From: a virus
Taxonomy: Duplodnaviria > Caudoviricetes
Strand: one strand, 5' to 3'
Length of the DNA stretch: 55,611 nucleotides
Virus record (IMG/VR): IMGVR_UViG_3300031152_000004
Location: 1-55,611 of that record
Shown here: in pieces, positions 17,647 to 27,106 of the stretch
Position numbering within the stretch: the first letter of the stretch is position 1
Layout of the letters: each line of letters begins with the position of its first letter
Program-made: the position numbers and the translations under genes
The notes under the pieces: generated by a model
Databases searched by the model: none
What the model was told of the DNA's origin: nothing
Seen by the model: only the letters and a program-made list of their open reading frames with translations

Positions 17647-18681
17647 ATGCCACTCGTCACCGATCTGTTCGACCCCTCGGAACTCGTCGGATACGTCCGC
17701 GGGCTCACCATCGAAGAGCAGCGCAACCGGTTCACCCTCTCGCAGTACCTGCCGGACAAGCTGCAGAACTCCCTGGAGTGGAAGCTCACCAACGCCGTCC
17801 TGCGCGACGAGGACGCCGCGGTAGTCCGCTCCTGGGACACCGAAGCGCCGATCGGCGGCCGTCAGGGCGCCAGCCGAATCTTCGGCGAGCTGCTGCCGGC
17901 CTCCAAGAAGATCCGCCTGGGCGAGGAGGAGCGGCTCAAGCAGGAGTCGCTGATCACTGGCAACACCGACGCCATCGTCGCGGAGATCTACAACGACGCC
18001 CGCCGGATGACCCGCGCCGTCCTGGCCCGGGTCGAGATGGCCCGCGGTGAGGTCCTGTTCAACGCCTCCATCGCCTTCAACGAGAACGGCGTCACCCAGA
18101 CCGTCACCTTCACCCGCAACGGCGCGCTCACCGTCAGCGCGGGAACGAAGTGGGACGTCGTCGCCACTGCGGACCCGATCGCCGACATGACCACCTGGGT
18201 CCAGACCTACATCGACATCAACGGCGTGGCCCCCGCGTTCGCCATCGGCTCGACCTCGATCATCGGGTTCCTGCTGCAGAACGCAAAGATCCGGGCGTTG
18301 GCGTCCGGCCTGTCCGGCACCCCGTCGCTGGTCACCCTGGACACCGTCGCCGCGGTGTTCTCCGCGTTCGGCCTCCCGCCGATCGTCCCCTACGACACCA
18401 CCACCCGGGTCAACGGCACCAGCACCCGCATCACCAACATCAAGAAGCTGGTTCTGATGCCGCCGTCGGACGAGCCCCTGGGGGAGACTCGCTGGGGGCC
18501 GACCGCCGAGGCACTGGAACTGGCCGGCCAGGGCCTGCTAGGGGTCTCTGACGCCCCCGGTGTCGCCGCCGTCGCCATGAAGACCACCGACCCGGTGTCC
18601 ACCTGGACGCTGGCCACCGGGACGTTCCTGCCGATCCTGGGCAACCCCGACCTGACCATGACCGCGACGGTCCTGACCTAG
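17647..18681 (+). CDS. Major capsid protein (lambda gpE-like)
   Basis: 344 aa; R.WDTEAPIG, ARVE..RGEVL, W.....DP.AD, T.WGPTAEA. Confidence 0.88.
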   Translation: MPLVTDLFDPSELVGYVRGLTIEEQRNRFTLSQYLPDKLQNSLEWKLTNAVLRDEDAAVVRSWDTEAPIGGRQGASRIFGELLPASKKIRLGEEERLKQESLITGNTDAIVAEIYNDARRMTRAVLARVEMARGEVLFNASIAFNENGVTQTVTFTRNGALTVSAGTKWDVVATADPIADMTTWVQTYIDINGVAPAFAIGSTSIIGFLLQNAKIRALASGLSGTPSLVTLDTVAAVFSAFGLPPIVPYDTTTRVNGTSTRITNIKKLVLMPPSDEPLGETRWGPTAEALELAGQGLLGVSDAPGVAAVAMKTTDPVSTWTLATGTFLPILGNPDLTMTATVLT

Positions 18682-18693
18682 GAGGTATGGCAG

Positions 18694-19122
18694 ATGCGAG
18701 TCAACACCAGCGATGCGTACGTCCACGCGCACACCGACCAGGGGACCAAGGTCGTCGCCCCCGGCCAGGAGTTCCCCGACGGGGAGTACCTGGATAATCT
18801 CGACCCGGCGCTGTACGACGAGTCCGAAGACGAGCAGCTGCAGGCCGGCGTCCGGACTCCGGGACCCGGCCAGCGGGTCGCCTACGACCCGGCGGTCGAC
18901 GGCGACCTGGACCCGGTGGGGGAGCCTGCGCCGCCGCGGTCGGTCGGGCCGAACGAGCCGCAGTACGACCCGAACAAGCCGCTGAGCCGGTACAACAAGG
19001 CGCAGCTGCAGGCATGGCTGGAGCAGCGCAGCGTCTCGTACGACCCGGACGCCAGCCGCAACCAGCTAGCGGCTCTGGCGGCCGACCGGCAGAAGCAGGA
19101 GGAGGCCAGCGATGGCGCGTAG
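18694..19122 (+). CDS. Acidic protein with C-terminal HeH/LEM-like domain
   Basis: YNKAQLQAWLEQRSVSYDPDASRNQL; AGGAGG RBS. Confidence 0.6.
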   Translation: MRVNTSDAYVHAHTDQGTKVVAPGQEFPDGEYLDNLDPALYDESEDEQLQAGVRTPGPGQRVAYDPAVDGDLDPVGEPAPPRSVGPNEPQYDPNKPLSRYNKAQLQAWLEQRSVSYDPDASRNQLAALAADRQKQEEASDGA

Positions 19123-19324
19123 GACGAATGCGATCTACTACCCCGGCGCCGCGCCGCGGATCCGCGGGCGGGTGCTGCTGCCAATCGGCAGCGCGGTCGC
19201 GGTGCAGTGGGCGGCTCCGGCCAGTCAGCCGCACCTGGGGTTGCTGATGGCGACCAGCTCGACCCGCGGTGCGGTCGGGGTCAACGCCCGGCCGGTGCGC
19301 ACCCGGCGGATGACGCTGGGCTAG
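19112..19324 (+). CDS. Basic hypothetical protein, 70 aa
   Basis: GGAGG RBS; Arg-rich with no acidic residues. Confidence 0.5.
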   Translation: MARRTNAIYYPGAAPRIRGRVLLPIGSAVAVQWAAPASQPHLGLLMATSSTRGAVGVNARPVRTRRMTLG

Positions 19325-19372
19325 GGACGGGTATCCGGCCGGTAGCGCAAAGAAGCGACCCGGCCGGGTTCC

Positions 19373-19402
19373 TTGTCTCTAAGTCAAGCAGAGGGGTAGG
19401 CT
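19373..19402 (+). promoter_or_regulatory. Palindrome promoter, leaderless
   Basis: TTGTCT-N18-TAGGCT-N6-ATG(19409); TTGTC-N5-GTCAA; preceded by a CCGGCCGG hairpin. Confidence 0.65.
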
Positions 19403-19408
19403 CAGCTG

Positions 19409-19723
19409 ATGGCCCTGACCGACGTCCAGACGGCGTTCTTCCGCTCGAAGCTCGGGTCGTCCGTGGACCTAACCGACGTCGAGACCCGGCTAACCCGGCT
19501 GGCCGACCAGTTCAAGGTTGTGTTGGAGATCCTGGAGGAGCGCCGCTCCACCCTCCTGAGTCGTCCCCTAAGCTTTACCGTCCCGGACTACACCGAGAAC
19601 AGCGCCGCGAACGTCGCCGCGCTGAACAAGGCGATCGAGCAGGCACAGCAGGACGTCGCGGCCGGCGTGGACATCCCCGAGTCCGGCGTCCGGATCGTCG
19701 TCCCCACTATCAGGTTCAGGTAG
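19409..19723 (+). CDS. Head-to-tail adaptor (putative)
   Basis: 104 aa helical protein after the capsid gene. Confidence 0.5.
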   Translation: MALTDVQTAFFRSKLGSSVDLTDVETRLTRLADQFKVVLEILEERRSTLLSRPLSFTVPDYTENSAANVAALNKAIEQAQQDVAAGVDIPESGVRIVVPTIRFR

Positions 19724-19732
19724 GGGCAGGAA

Positions 19733-20047
19733 ATGCCAATCAAGCGGGACTCTAAAGGCAGGTTCTCGGGTGGTGGGGGTGGTGGCGGTGGACGCAGCCA
19801 TGCATTCGTCGCCCGCGTCGGGTCCGGGAAGTCCGTAGCCGGCGGTCGCGTGGCCAACCTTAACAAGGCATTCAAGCGGGTGAAGACGCGCCGCAACGGT
19901 ACGATTACTGCGGGCGCCGCCCGACACGGATTGAACTCCACTACCCGTAACAGCACCCATGCCAAGTACGGGTCCAAAGCCGTCTCCCGTCGCGGCGCTG
20001 GCCGCGGTCGGCTGAAGGCCGCGAACGCTCGCCGCAAGAAGAAGTAG
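19733..20047 (+). CDS. Highly basic Gly/Arg/Lys-rich protein with RDxxGRF motif
   Basis: MPIKRDSKGRF; about 28 K/R against one Asp. Confidence 0.65.
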   Translation: MPIKRDSKGRFSGGGGGGGGRSHAFVARVGSGKSVAGGRVANLNKAFKRVKTRRNGTITAGAARHGLNSTTRNSTHAKYGSKAVSRRGAGRGRLKAANARRKKK

Positions 20048-21879
20048 TGACCGCTGCCGACGCGCACGCACTGGCCGACCCTCTGGCGCAGGCGTACGCG
20101 AAGGCCTGGGCCGAGGTAGAGTCGTGGGAGCGGAAGCTCGTCAACAACCCGAAGCAGGAAGCCCGCAGGCGCAGGCTCGAGGCCACCCGCCGGCAGATCG
20201 AGGCCGATATGGGGGACCTGGACGAGCAGTCCATCGAATGGCTGTCCAACGAGCTCCCGAAGGTGTACCTCGCCGGGGGCACCGCAGCCGGCGACGACCT
20301 CATCTGGAACCAGGTACACCAGCACGCCGCCCAGCGCCTGGCGAACGGCCTGCACACAGACCTGCTGCACGCTACTCAGAACGTTGTCCGGTCAACCAAG
20401 GACCTGGTCCGCACCGTCGCGAAGGACGAGCAGCTGCGCTTGGCCCTGTCCGGACAGGAGACCGCCGTTTCCGCCGGCCGGCGGATGGCGCAGATCCTTA
20501 AGGCCAAGGGGGTAACCGCCCTGGTCTACGAGGACGGCTCCCGGCACGGGCTGGCCGAGTACTCCCAGATGGCCATCCGCACCACCACCGCCAGCGCCTA
20601 CAACCTCGGCACCCTGAACGCCACGCCGGGGGTGGGTCGCTACGAGGTATTCGACGGTCCGAACTGCGGCTGGTCCACCCACAACGACCCCCAGCGGGCG
20701 CACGGGCTGATCGTCACCCGGGAGGAGGCCGAAGCGCACCTGATCAGCCATCCGAACTGCCGCCGCGCCTTTGGCCCCCGCCCCGACCTGGAGCCAAAGA
20801 AGCCCGAGTCGTCTGAGTCTGAACGCTGGTCGGAAGGCCGCGACGTCGACGTTAAGAAGGCGTCCCTGTGGAACAAATCGGAGCTGGAGGCCAGCCGCCA
20901 GGCGCTCGGCAGTTGGCAACGGCAAGTAGAACAGTACGAGGCCGACCTGGACAGGTGGCAAGGCCGTATCGACGCCCGCAAGAAGGAACTGCGGGACGTC
21001 TACGGGATTACCGGGTCGAAAGCCGCCGCTGCGATGCGGCGCGAGACCAATATGAGGTGGGCACGGGAGTCGGTAGATAGCGCCAAGCAGAGCCTGGACA
21101 AGATCCGTGCGGAGCTGGCCACCTATGAGCAGGCGGTCAAGGACGCAGAGAAACGCGTAGTCGAGCTCCTGCCCGAGTACGACCCGGACAACCCGCTGCG
21201 GTTCTACGGGAACCGGGTCACGATCTACGACGATCACCCGAGTACGTTGGAGAACGTTCGGCAATTCGAGGCGCTGCCGCAGAGACTGCACCAGGCGTTG
21301 CGCGACTACTACGCCGAGCGGGACGGCGGAGGTATATTCTTCGCGGACCGGGACAGCGTCGTGGACATGGACGGGCTGGGTCGGCTGCGTGGGGTCGCCA
21401 CCCGGGAGTCCGGGCATGGCAGAAGCAGTACCCGGCTGTGGGACGAGGTTCCAGGGGTCCATAGCCCGAGGGATCGGGTCACAGCAGTAGGGAATGGTGC
21501 TCATGGTTCGCACTCGGTGGCGCGACACGAGGCGTCGCACGCTTTGGACGACGCTCTGGGACGCGGTCAGCGTCCGCTGACCGACCTGACGGGGGAGGGC
21601 AGCTTCCAGGAGCTACTGGATACGCTAGACCTCGATAGCGTCAGGCCGATGAACCCGTATTACACCGCTCTTAGCAACCCTACCGGGTGGCGCTCCGAGC
21701 TGTTCGCAGAAGCCTTCAGCACCTGGCTGGACGCCCGGTCCAAGGGCCGGGTCGTCGCCAGCCACGAGATCGCCAAGCAGCTCGGCATCAGGCTGGGTGG
21801 CGTGCCGACCGGGTCCGGCGTGAAGGTAGGCCTTGCGTTGGGTAAGTGGTTCGAGACTCTCATGAAGGACCTGACGTGA
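20047..21879 (+). CDS. Minor capsid (MuF-like) protein fused to a coiled coil and a zincin metallopeptidase domain, 610 aa
   Basis: Y..M..RT and HPNCRR minor-capsid motifs; C-terminal RHEASHALD and ELFAEAF. Confidence 0.75.
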   Translation: MTAADAHALADPLAQAYAKAWAEVESWERKLVNNPKQEARRRRLEATRRQIEADMGDLDEQSIEWLSNELPKVYLAGGTAAGDDLIWNQVHQHAAQRLANGLHTDLLHATQNVVRSTKDLVRTVAKDEQLRLALSGQETAVSAGRRMAQILKAKGVTALVYEDGSRHGLAEYSQMAIRTTTASAYNLGTLNATPGVGRYEVFDGPNCGWSTHNDPQRAHGLIVTREEAEAHLISHPNCRRAFGPRPDLEPKKPESSESERWSEGRDVDVKKASLWNKSELEASRQALGSWQRQVEQYEADLDRWQGRIDARKKELRDVYGITGSKAAAAMRRETNMRWARESVDSAKQSLDKIRAELATYEQAVKDAEKRVVELLPEYDPDNPLRFYGNRVTIYDDHPSTLENVRQFEALPQRLHQALRDYYAERDGGGIFFADRDSVVDMDGLGRLRGVATRESGHGRSSTRLWDEVPGVHSPRDRVTAVGNGAHGSHSVARHEASHALDDALGRGQRPLTDLTGEGSFQELLDTLDLDSVRPMNPYYTALSNPTGWRSELFAEAFSTWLDARSKGRVVASHEIAKQLGIRLGGVPTGSGVKVGLALGKWFETLMKDLT

Positions 21880-22064
21880 GCGGCATAGCCAAGGACGGGC
21901 AAAACTACATCGTCCCGGCGCGGCTGGACGGGCCGGACGGTGAGATCGGGGAGATCATGACTACGGTCACCCCGGATGATCCGGACTGGGTGCTATGGGA
22001 CGAGTGGTGGGCCGCGACCCACCCACGGCTGGTCAGCGTCAAGCCTCGACTCGGACGCAAGTAG
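21876..22064 (+). CDS. Small protein coupled to the MuF-peptidase gene, 62 aa
   Basis: GTGA overlap; acidic and Trp-rich. Confidence 0.55.
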   Translation: MSGIAKDGQNYIVPARLDGPDGEIGEIMTTVTPDDPDWVLWDEWWAATHPRLVSVKPRLGRK

Positions 22065-22083
22065 GGCGGTAGACTCCCCAGCC

Positions 22084-22446
22084 ATGGACCACACCTTCCG
22101 AATTGACTCCAAAGCCGACGGCTCCGGGCGTATCTTCGTCGACGGCGATGACCTGTCCGCCCTGATCACCGGCTACGTGCTGGAATCCGGCACAGCTGAC
22201 GGGCACGGCACCGTCCTGGCCCTGCAGACCGTCCCTGGCCAAGCTCTGGTGACCGGCGAGGGCCGGGTGTTCCAGTTGACCGACGGCGTCCCCGCGACCG
22301 TGCTGGTCGAGGGTCTCGACCCGACCATCCTCGAGCGTGGTGTCAACGAGTGGATGGAGGCCAACGGCGGGACTGTAGGGCAGGCGATGATCGGCGTTCT
22401 GTCAACCATTACTGAGGTTGCGAATAAGGAGCTGGACGAGGAGTGA
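22084..22446 (+). CDS. Hypothetical protein, 120 aa
   Basis: MDHTFRIDS; upstream TCGACT-N18-TAGACT promoter-like site. Confidence 0.6.
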   Translation: MDHTFRIDSKADGSGRIFVDGDDLSALITGYVLESGTADGHGTVLALQTVPGQALVTGEGRVFQLTDGVPATVLVEGLDPTILERGVNEWMEANGGTVGQAMIGVLSTITEVANKELDEE

Positions 22447-23069
22447 GTACCCGGGCGGGCCTATACGGGCCGGAAGCGATCCTGCAGACCGACGGGACCC
22501 CCGCCCGGCTGGTTGACGCCCTGGTGTTCGACGTCGGTGGGGTAACCCCGTCGGTGCTATACACCGACCAGAACCGCTCCAGCACTCTGGCCCAGCCGAT
22601 CCAGACCGACGTTAACGGCAACCTGTCGTTCTACGCTGAACCCGGCGTCCACTCCCTGACCATTCGCGGCGCCTCGGTCGCCATCCAGGTCCCGGTCAAC
22701 CCGGTGGACGACCTCTCCCTGTACCCGCTGGTGTTCTCAGTCCCGGGGGTCCAGGCCGTGATCGCCGGCAGTGCCCGGCTGTACCTGTTCGAAGCCTGTA
22801 CCCTGGCTGGCGCGGTTCTGGTATCGGCCGGGGTCGCGCCGACCGGCCAGCCGATCATCGTGGATGTTAACTACAACGGCGTTACAGTCTACCCGACCCA
22901 GGGCAATCGCCCCCAGGTGGCTGCTGGTACGAACTTCGGGTCTGGCGGAGCGGCCGGGGTTACCACCTTCGCCGCGGGTGGACGCCTGCAGGTCGATGTG
23001 GACCAGGTCGGGTCTGGCGTGCCCGGTTCGGACCTGGTAGTCGTGGTACCGTTGCAACGAGCCGGCTAA
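22443..23069 (+). CDS. Virion accessory protein (putative)
   Basis: LYTD...P.QTD.NG.LSFYAEPG domain plus C-terminal APTG...VDVDQVGS..PG.DL domain seen in phage virion proteins. Confidence 0.55.
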   Translation: MSTRAGLYGPEAILQTDGTPARLVDALVFDVGGVTPSVLYTDQNRSSTLAQPIQTDVNGNLSFYAEPGVHSLTIRGASVAIQVPVNPVDDLSLYPLVFSVPGVQAVIAGSARLYLFEACTLAGAVLVSAGVAPTGQPIIVDVNYNGVTVYPTQGNRPQVAAGTNFGSGGAAGVTTFAAGGRLQVDVDQVGSGVPGSDLVVVVPLQRAG

Positions 23070-23084
23070 CGAGAGGGATAGACA

Positions 23085-24422
23085 ATGCGGAAGAGCACGA
23101 GGCGAGAGAAGACCGTCGGGTTATCCTGCCTGGGCATCGTCGGGGTAGTGATCGCCGCGCTGGCCGTCCTGCCGGCTCCGGCGGGGTCGGTCACCCCGTC
23201 CGCGGTGGACGCCGGCACGCTGACCTGCACCACGAACGCGCAGGCGTACTGCACCGCCCAGCCACACAGTCTCGGGGCTGCCCCGGTGGCCGTCGTGGTC
23301 ACTGCGAAGGCGCCGATCACCGGGTCGCCCATCGCCGGGACCGTTGATGCCGACAGCTTCACTGCTACGACCTTCCGGATCCGCGTCTGGACGCCAACAG
23401 GCGTCGGCTACGCCAACCGGTCAGTTACCTACTCGTACGCCGCCTACGCCGGGACGGCTACGCCACCCCCGACCACGACCACCGCGGCACCCCCGACGAC
23501 CACGCCACCGCCGGCCACCACCTGGCCCGCACCCGGGACTGTCGGGTTGAAGGTCGCAACCACGCACACCCTCGCGGGCGGCCGGTTCGCCGAGCCCGGC
23601 GACTTCACCGCCCCGAACTGGACCGGGACTGGTACCCAGGCCGACCCCTACACCCTGGACCGGGCGACGGTCACCGACATCTTGCGGCTGGGCTGCGCCT
23701 GCGGGTCCAACGCGCTGGACAGCGTCTGGGTGCGGATCAGCAACTCCTGGCTGCAGGGATTCACTGGCAACCCGACCCCGGGAGACTCCCGGATGTTGGT
23801 GGTCGAGAACGACGGGCCACACCTGACCGTTACCGGGTCGGACCTGCAACCGGCCGGTACTCTGGACGCCGCCGGGATCCGCACCGACAATCATTGTGCA
23901 GACAAGGGCCTGCTGGCCTACCGGCCGTTTACCCTGCTCGACAGCCGGGTGTCCGGGCAGAACGTCCCGGTCGCGCTCGAACTCGAGCGCGACGAGACTG
24001 GGACGGTCGTGCAACACAACCAGCTCGGCGGGATCTGCTCCAACCCCGGCGACCACACCGACGTCTACAACGAGAACGGCCACGGCTCCAACACCCTGGT
24101 CGCAGACAACTACATCGACGGCACCCGGTCCGGCGGCAGCGTCGTGAACAACGGGCTGGGGCTGTACAACGACAACATCGGGCAGTGCGACGCCTGCGCC
24201 ACGACCGAGAACCACACGATCGTCGGCAACCGGTTCGTGCACTACAACATCGGCGTGCTGTCCTCGACCAACACGACCCTGACCCTGGGGCCCTGGGTCG
24301 TTCAGGACAACACTTTCGACGCGCCGACGCCGCTCGGGCCCAGTGGTGGGTCGCCCTACCAGGCGCGCACGCCGACTGCCCAGTCCGGTAATACCGTCAA
24401 CGGAGTGCCTACTACGTTCTAG
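23085..24422 (+). CDS. Secreted or membrane-anchored protein with Pro/Thr linker and parallel beta-helix-like domain
   Basis: Signal-like N-terminus, PPTTTTAAPPTTTPP linker, Asn-rich repeats (HNQL, DNYI, GNRF, DNTF), H.D motif. Confidence 0.6.
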   Translation: MRKSTRREKTVGLSCLGIVGVVIAALAVLPAPAGSVTPSAVDAGTLTCTTNAQAYCTAQPHSLGAAPVAVVVTAKAPITGSPIAGTVDADSFTATTFRIRVWTPTGVGYANRSVTYSYAAYAGTATPPPTTTTAAPPTTTPPPATTWPAPGTVGLKVATTHTLAGGRFAEPGDFTAPNWTGTGTQADPYTLDRATVTDILRLGCACGSNALDSVWVRISNSWLQGFTGNPTPGDSRMLVVENDGPHLTVTGSDLQPAGTLDAAGIRTDNHCADKGLLAYRPFTLLDSRVSGQNVPVALELERDETGTVVQHNQLGGICSNPGDHTDVYNENGHGSNTLVADNYIDGTRSGGSVVNNGLGLYNDNIGQCDACATTENHTIVGNRFVHYNIGVLSSTNTTLTLGPWVVQDNTFDAPTPLGPSGGSPYQARTPTAQSGNTVNGVPTTF

Positions 24423-24435
24423 AACCGGAGGATCG

Positions 24436-24900
24436 GTGGCCGACTTCACGTTCAACATCGCCAAAGGGCGGGTGGCGGAGCTGTACAACCGGGTCGACCT
24501 CAACGACCCGGCGGCAGCGACGCTGGTAATCATCCCGGTCGACGTCGCGGCGGTCTCCGACGCGACCCTTCGTGACCTGGATGACTTCGCCGCCATCATC
24601 ACGGCGGGAGTGACCGAGCGGGCCGCTACCGGCTGGAACCGTAAGACGCTCACCGACACGGACATCACCGTGCTGACCATCGACGACACCAACGACCGGG
24701 TAGACCTGGACATCGCGGACCAGACCTGGACCGCTGTCACCGCGGGTGCGGTCACCGACCTGATCATCTGCTACGCCTCCGTCGGGTCCCCGACCAACGC
24801 CCAGCTGATGCCGCTTACCCAGCACGACTTCCCGATCACCCCGGACGGGTCAGACGTACAGGCGGTTATCGCCGCCGCCGGGTTCTGGCGGGCGTCGTGA
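24436..24900 (+). CDS. Virion structural protein (putative), 154 aa
   Basis: GGAGG RBS; MADFTFNIAKGR...TPDGSD. Confidence 0.6.
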   Translation: MADFTFNIAKGRVAELYNRVDLNDPAAATLVIIPVDVAAVSDATLRDLDDFAAIITAGVTERAATGWNRKTLTDTDITVLTIDDTNDRVDLDIADQTWTAVTAGAVTDLIICYASVGSPTNAQLMPLTQHDFPITPDGSDVQAVIAAAGFWRAS

Positions 24901-25130
24901 GCGTCGACCGCAGCCCCCTCGAAGAGCAGCTACTCGAGGACCTGTTCGAGAAGTGGGGTGAGCATTTCGTCATGCCCGACCCGCTGGAGCACAAGCGCTA
25001 CCGGGAGCCGCGCTGGGCCGACATCAAGCCGCCGCCCGACCCGTTCGACCCGTCGGTATTTGGGGGGCGCACGCCGCCGGCCAGACGGTCGTTTAATCTA
25101 GTCAAGGGGCGGACGGAGGAGATCCGATGA
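24897..25130 (+). CDS. Hypothetical protein, 77 aa
   Basis: Coupled overlaps on both sides. Confidence 0.55.
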   Translation: MSVDRSPLEEQLLEDLFEKWGEHFVMPDPLEHKRYREPRWADIKPPPDPFDPSVFGGRTPPARRSFNLVKGRTEEIR

Positions 25131-25675
25131 GCCTACAGACCTGGGGTGAGACCCTGATCTCGGCGCAGGTCGACGGGACCGCGCTCAACACCTCCACCAC
25201 CGCCACGTCGATCCTGCCGCCGGCCGCGAAGTTCACCCTCCCGGCGAACTTCTTCAGCATCGGCAAGGTCATCCGGGTCAGCGCCTTTGGCCGGATCTCC
25301 ACCACCACCGGCCCGCCGACCATCACCTACGACGTTCGGCTGGGCTCGGTCGTCGTATTCAACGGGGCCGCGGTGACCACAGTCGCCTCAGTCACCAACA
25401 AGACCTGGGAGCTGGTCGCGCTGCTGACCTGCCGCGCCATCGGCGCCAGCACCTCGGCGAACCTGATCGGGGTCGGCCGGCTGACCAGCTCCGCCGTGGT
25501 CGGATCCACAGGCGGGGCTGCCAATACGGCGATGCTACCGGACAGCGCACCCGCCGTCGGTACCGGTTTCGACTCTACCGCCGCGCAGGCGGTGGACCTG
25601 TTCGCCACCTGGTCCGCGTCGTCCGCGTCCAACTCCGTCCAGCTGCACGGGTACACCCTGGAAGCGATGAACTAA
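25127..25675 (+). CDS. Virion structural protein (putative), 182 aa
   Basis: Thr/Ala/Ser-rich beta protein; GGAGGAG RBS. Confidence 0.6.
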   Translation: MSLQTWGETLISAQVDGTALNTSTTATSILPPAAKFTLPANFFSIGKVIRVSAFGRISTTTGPPTITYDVRLGSVVVFNGAAVTTVASVTNKTWELVALLTCRAIGASTSANLIGVGRLTSSAVVGSTGGAANTAMLPDSAPAVGTGFDSTAAQAVDLFATWSASSASNSVQLHGYTLEAMN

Positions 25676-27106
25676 GTGGCCCGCTCGTTCAACGGAACGT
25701 CCGACGTCATCACCTGTACCATGTCGACGTCCGTTGCCAACTGGCTGTTCGGGACGATGGTCGCGGTGGTCAAGCGGGCCAACAACACCAACTGGAACGG
25801 CCCGCTATGCCGGGTCCAATCCGGCGGGGCAGCCGAGTCGTTCTTGGACGTCGCCCCGTCCGGCCACGCCTCGGTCAACGCGCTGTGGTGCGACTATGCT
25901 TCCTCCGCCACGACCGCCAGTAACACCCCGAAAGTCCTGGCCGCCGACGGCTGGGTACTGGTCGGGACCACGAAGGCGACCGGTTCGGTCGCCCCGACCT
26001 TCTACTACTACGTGTTCAACACCGGGGTCTGGACTCGGGTTGCCGGCGTGGCCCAGGGCGACTCGATCGGCGCCGCCGGGGGCAGCATCACCCTGGGGAA
26101 CACCGTCGGGGACTTCTTCGCCGGGGATATCGACGTCCTGGCATTCTTCCCCACTGCCCTGTCCCAGGCGCAGATGGACACTCTCCCGACCAGCCTCGCA
26201 GCCTGGGATGCGCTGACCCCGAATGCCATGTGGGTCCTGAATCAGGCCAGCATCGCTACCCCGGTGCCGGACCGGACGGGGAACGGCGCGAACCAGTCCG
26301 CCATCTCCGGCACCACGATCGCCGCGACCTCCTCCCCGCTGACGATCGACTCGGGCTACGGCCGGACCGGAACGGCGCTTCACCCCGGCCGCGGGCCGTC
26401 CAGGTACGCCCGGTTCCTGCAGTCCGCCCGACACACGGTCGCCGCCGTCTCCGGTACTACCCAGGTAGCGGTCGGGCAAGCCAGTGAGGTCGACACGACG
26501 CAGGCAGTCGCCCGGTTGAAGTCGAAAGCGGTCGGCCAGCCAGCCGAGACCGACACGACGCAGCCGGCCGGCCGGCTGAAGGTCCGGGCACTGGGCCAGC
26601 CCGCCGACACCGGCACGGCACAGCCGATCCGTGCGCTGAAACTCCGGGTCGCTGGCCAGGCGCTCGAGGTCGACGTCGCCCAGCAGGTGGGTCGCCGGAA
26701 GGCCCGGACAGTCGGGCAGGGCACAGAGACCGGCCTGACCCAGCCAGTGTCCCGGTTGAAGTCCCGGGTACTGGGACAGCCCAGTGAGAGCGACCTGGCG
26801 CAGCCGATCAGCCGGCAGGGCACTCACCAGCAGGCCGTGGGGCAGGCCGCGGAGGTCGATACCGCCCAGTCGATCCGGGCGATAAAGATCCGCGCGCTGG
26901 GTCAAGCTCTGGAATCCGACCTGGCCCAGGCAATCAACCGGCGGCGCAGCCGAACAATCGGGGAGCCCCTCGAGGTCGACCTGGCGCAGGCGATCGCCCG
27001 ACGAAAGGTTAGGGTGCTGGGGCAGGTCGTCGAGACCGACTCGGCGCAGGCGGTCGGACACGGGGGGGCTGTTACCCGGCGGGAGTTCTGGGGTATGGTG
27101 GTCTGA
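25676..27106 (+). CDS. LamG/ConA-like domain plus ten 20-aa tandem repeats (fibre-like virion protein)
   Basis: MARSFNGTSD, F.GDID...F..ALS, D..GNG; repeats GQ..E.D.AQ.I.R.K.R. Confidence 0.65.
   Translation: MARSFNGTSDVITCTMSTSVANWLFGTMVAVVKRANNTNWNGPLCRVQSGGAAESFLDVAPSGHASVNALWCDYASSATTASNTPKVLAADGWVLVGTTKATGSVAPTFYYYVFNTGVWTRVAGVAQGDSIGAAGGSITLGNTVGDFFAGDIDVLAFFPTALSQAQMDTLPTSLAAWDALTPNAMWVLNQASIATPVPDRTGNGANQSAISGTTIAATSSPLTIDSGYGRTGTALHPGRGPSRYARFLQSARHTVAAVSGTTQVAVGQASEVDTTQAVARLKSKAVGQPAETDTTQPAGRLKVRALGQPADTGTAQPIRALKLRVAGQALEVDVAQQVGRRKARTVGQGTETGLTQPVSRLKSRVLGQPSESDLAQPISRQGTHQQAVGQAAEVDTAQSIRAIKIRALGQALESDLAQAINRRRSRTIGEPLEVDLAQAIARRKVRVLGQVVETDSAQAVGHGGAVTRREFWGMVV
26468..27060 (+). 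repeat. Coding tandem repeat, about ten 60-bp units
   Basis: AVGQASEVDTTQAVARLKSK / AVGQPAETDTTQPAGRLKVR / ... / VLGQVVETDSAQAVG. Confidence 0.8.
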
